A stretch of 64,000 nucleotides of DNA from Calditrichia bacterium (GTDB lineage: Bacteria > Calditrichota > Calditrichia > JAJRVZ01): assembly GCA_963712885.1 (NCBI GenBank), contig CAVQJT010000014.1:23707-87706 (forward strand), read 5' to 3'. Position numbers and translations under genes: made by a program. Shown here piece after piece: positions 63,798 through 64,000 of the stretch (positions within the stretch are counted from its first letter, which is position 1; the number at the start of each line of letters is the position of its first letter). The notes under the pieces were generated by a model, which did not search any database, had not been told where the DNA came from, and worked only from the letters and a program-made list of their open reading frames with translations.

Positions 63798-64000
63798 ATG
63801 AATATCCTGATGTTGATCCGTGAGTTTATCGATGACATCCGTACCCAGAAAACCCGGGCGTTCCTGACGACCATGGCGATCTCCTGGGGGATCCTGGCAG
63901 TCACCCTGCTGATGGCGTTCGGAGAAGGCTTGTCATTCCGGATGAGAGAGGGATTGATGAACGCCGGTGACCGGATCATTCGGGTATATGGCGGGCAAAC
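63798..64000 (+). CDS. ABC transporter permease, FtsX/MacB family (partial, continues beyond window)
   Basis: MNILMLIREFIDDIRTQKTRAFLTTMAISWGILAVTLLMAFG. Confidence 0.6.
   Translation, partial: MNILMLIREFIDDIRTQKTRAFLTTMAISWGILAVTLLMAFGEGLSFRMREGLMNAGDRIIRVYGGQ

Noticed and set aside
1-64000. CRISPR arrays, tRNA/rRNA genes, integrases/transposases or phage genes
   Set aside because: None were seen. Gene-free spacers are AT-rich or contain only the short repeats and hairpins described. There are no direct-repeat/spacer arrays and no tRNA-like GC-rich cloverleaf candidates.

Overview
This is a 64 kb chromosomal window from a Gram-negative bacterium with about 47% GC, most likely from the FCB group. 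That inference rests on four type-A T9SS C-terminal sorting domains, a PorV/PorQ-like barrel, a CarbopepD-TonB receptor and a GNAT gene in the arginine cluster. The content is mostly housekeeping plus envelope and secretome genes: gltB(partial)-argH-M20 deacylase-argG-GNAT, pepP, an ArsS-like radical-SAM/AhpD-like pair, an M16C peptidase, a DHA2 MFS transporter, two Cys-type sulfatases, slyD, Lrp, a flotillin, amtB-PII-glnA, rho, a K+ channel, OMPs and a MacA-like adaptor with FtsX permeases. The most unusual locus is a four-gene minus-strand operon at 17.8-25.2 kb. It encodes three paralogous STAND/AAA_16-like ATPase domains: one fused to a Ser/Thr kinase and a class III adenylyl cyclase, one standalone, and one fused to a TM helix, a periplasmic coiled coil and an NTF2-like domain. 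An outer-membrane beta-barrel gene sits between them. A second notable locus at 25.7-29.5 kb is a redox/NO-stress-like module: an Rrf2-DUF2249 fusion behind a perfect 30 bp palindrome, a hemerythrin, a NapH-like membrane ferredoxin and a poly-ferredoxin with a CCCCGCCCG motif. At least a dozen otherwise intact genes are broken by single-base indels, mostly in homopolymer runs. That pattern looks like draft consensus error rather than gene decay. The exception is one T9SS cargo gene at 46.2-49.8 kb, which is broken many times. A composite intergenic repeat occurs at least three times: tandem 8-mers, a 20 bp-stem hairpin and a GGTGCCCC...AATCGTTTAA module. No rRNA, tRNA or CRISPR was found.
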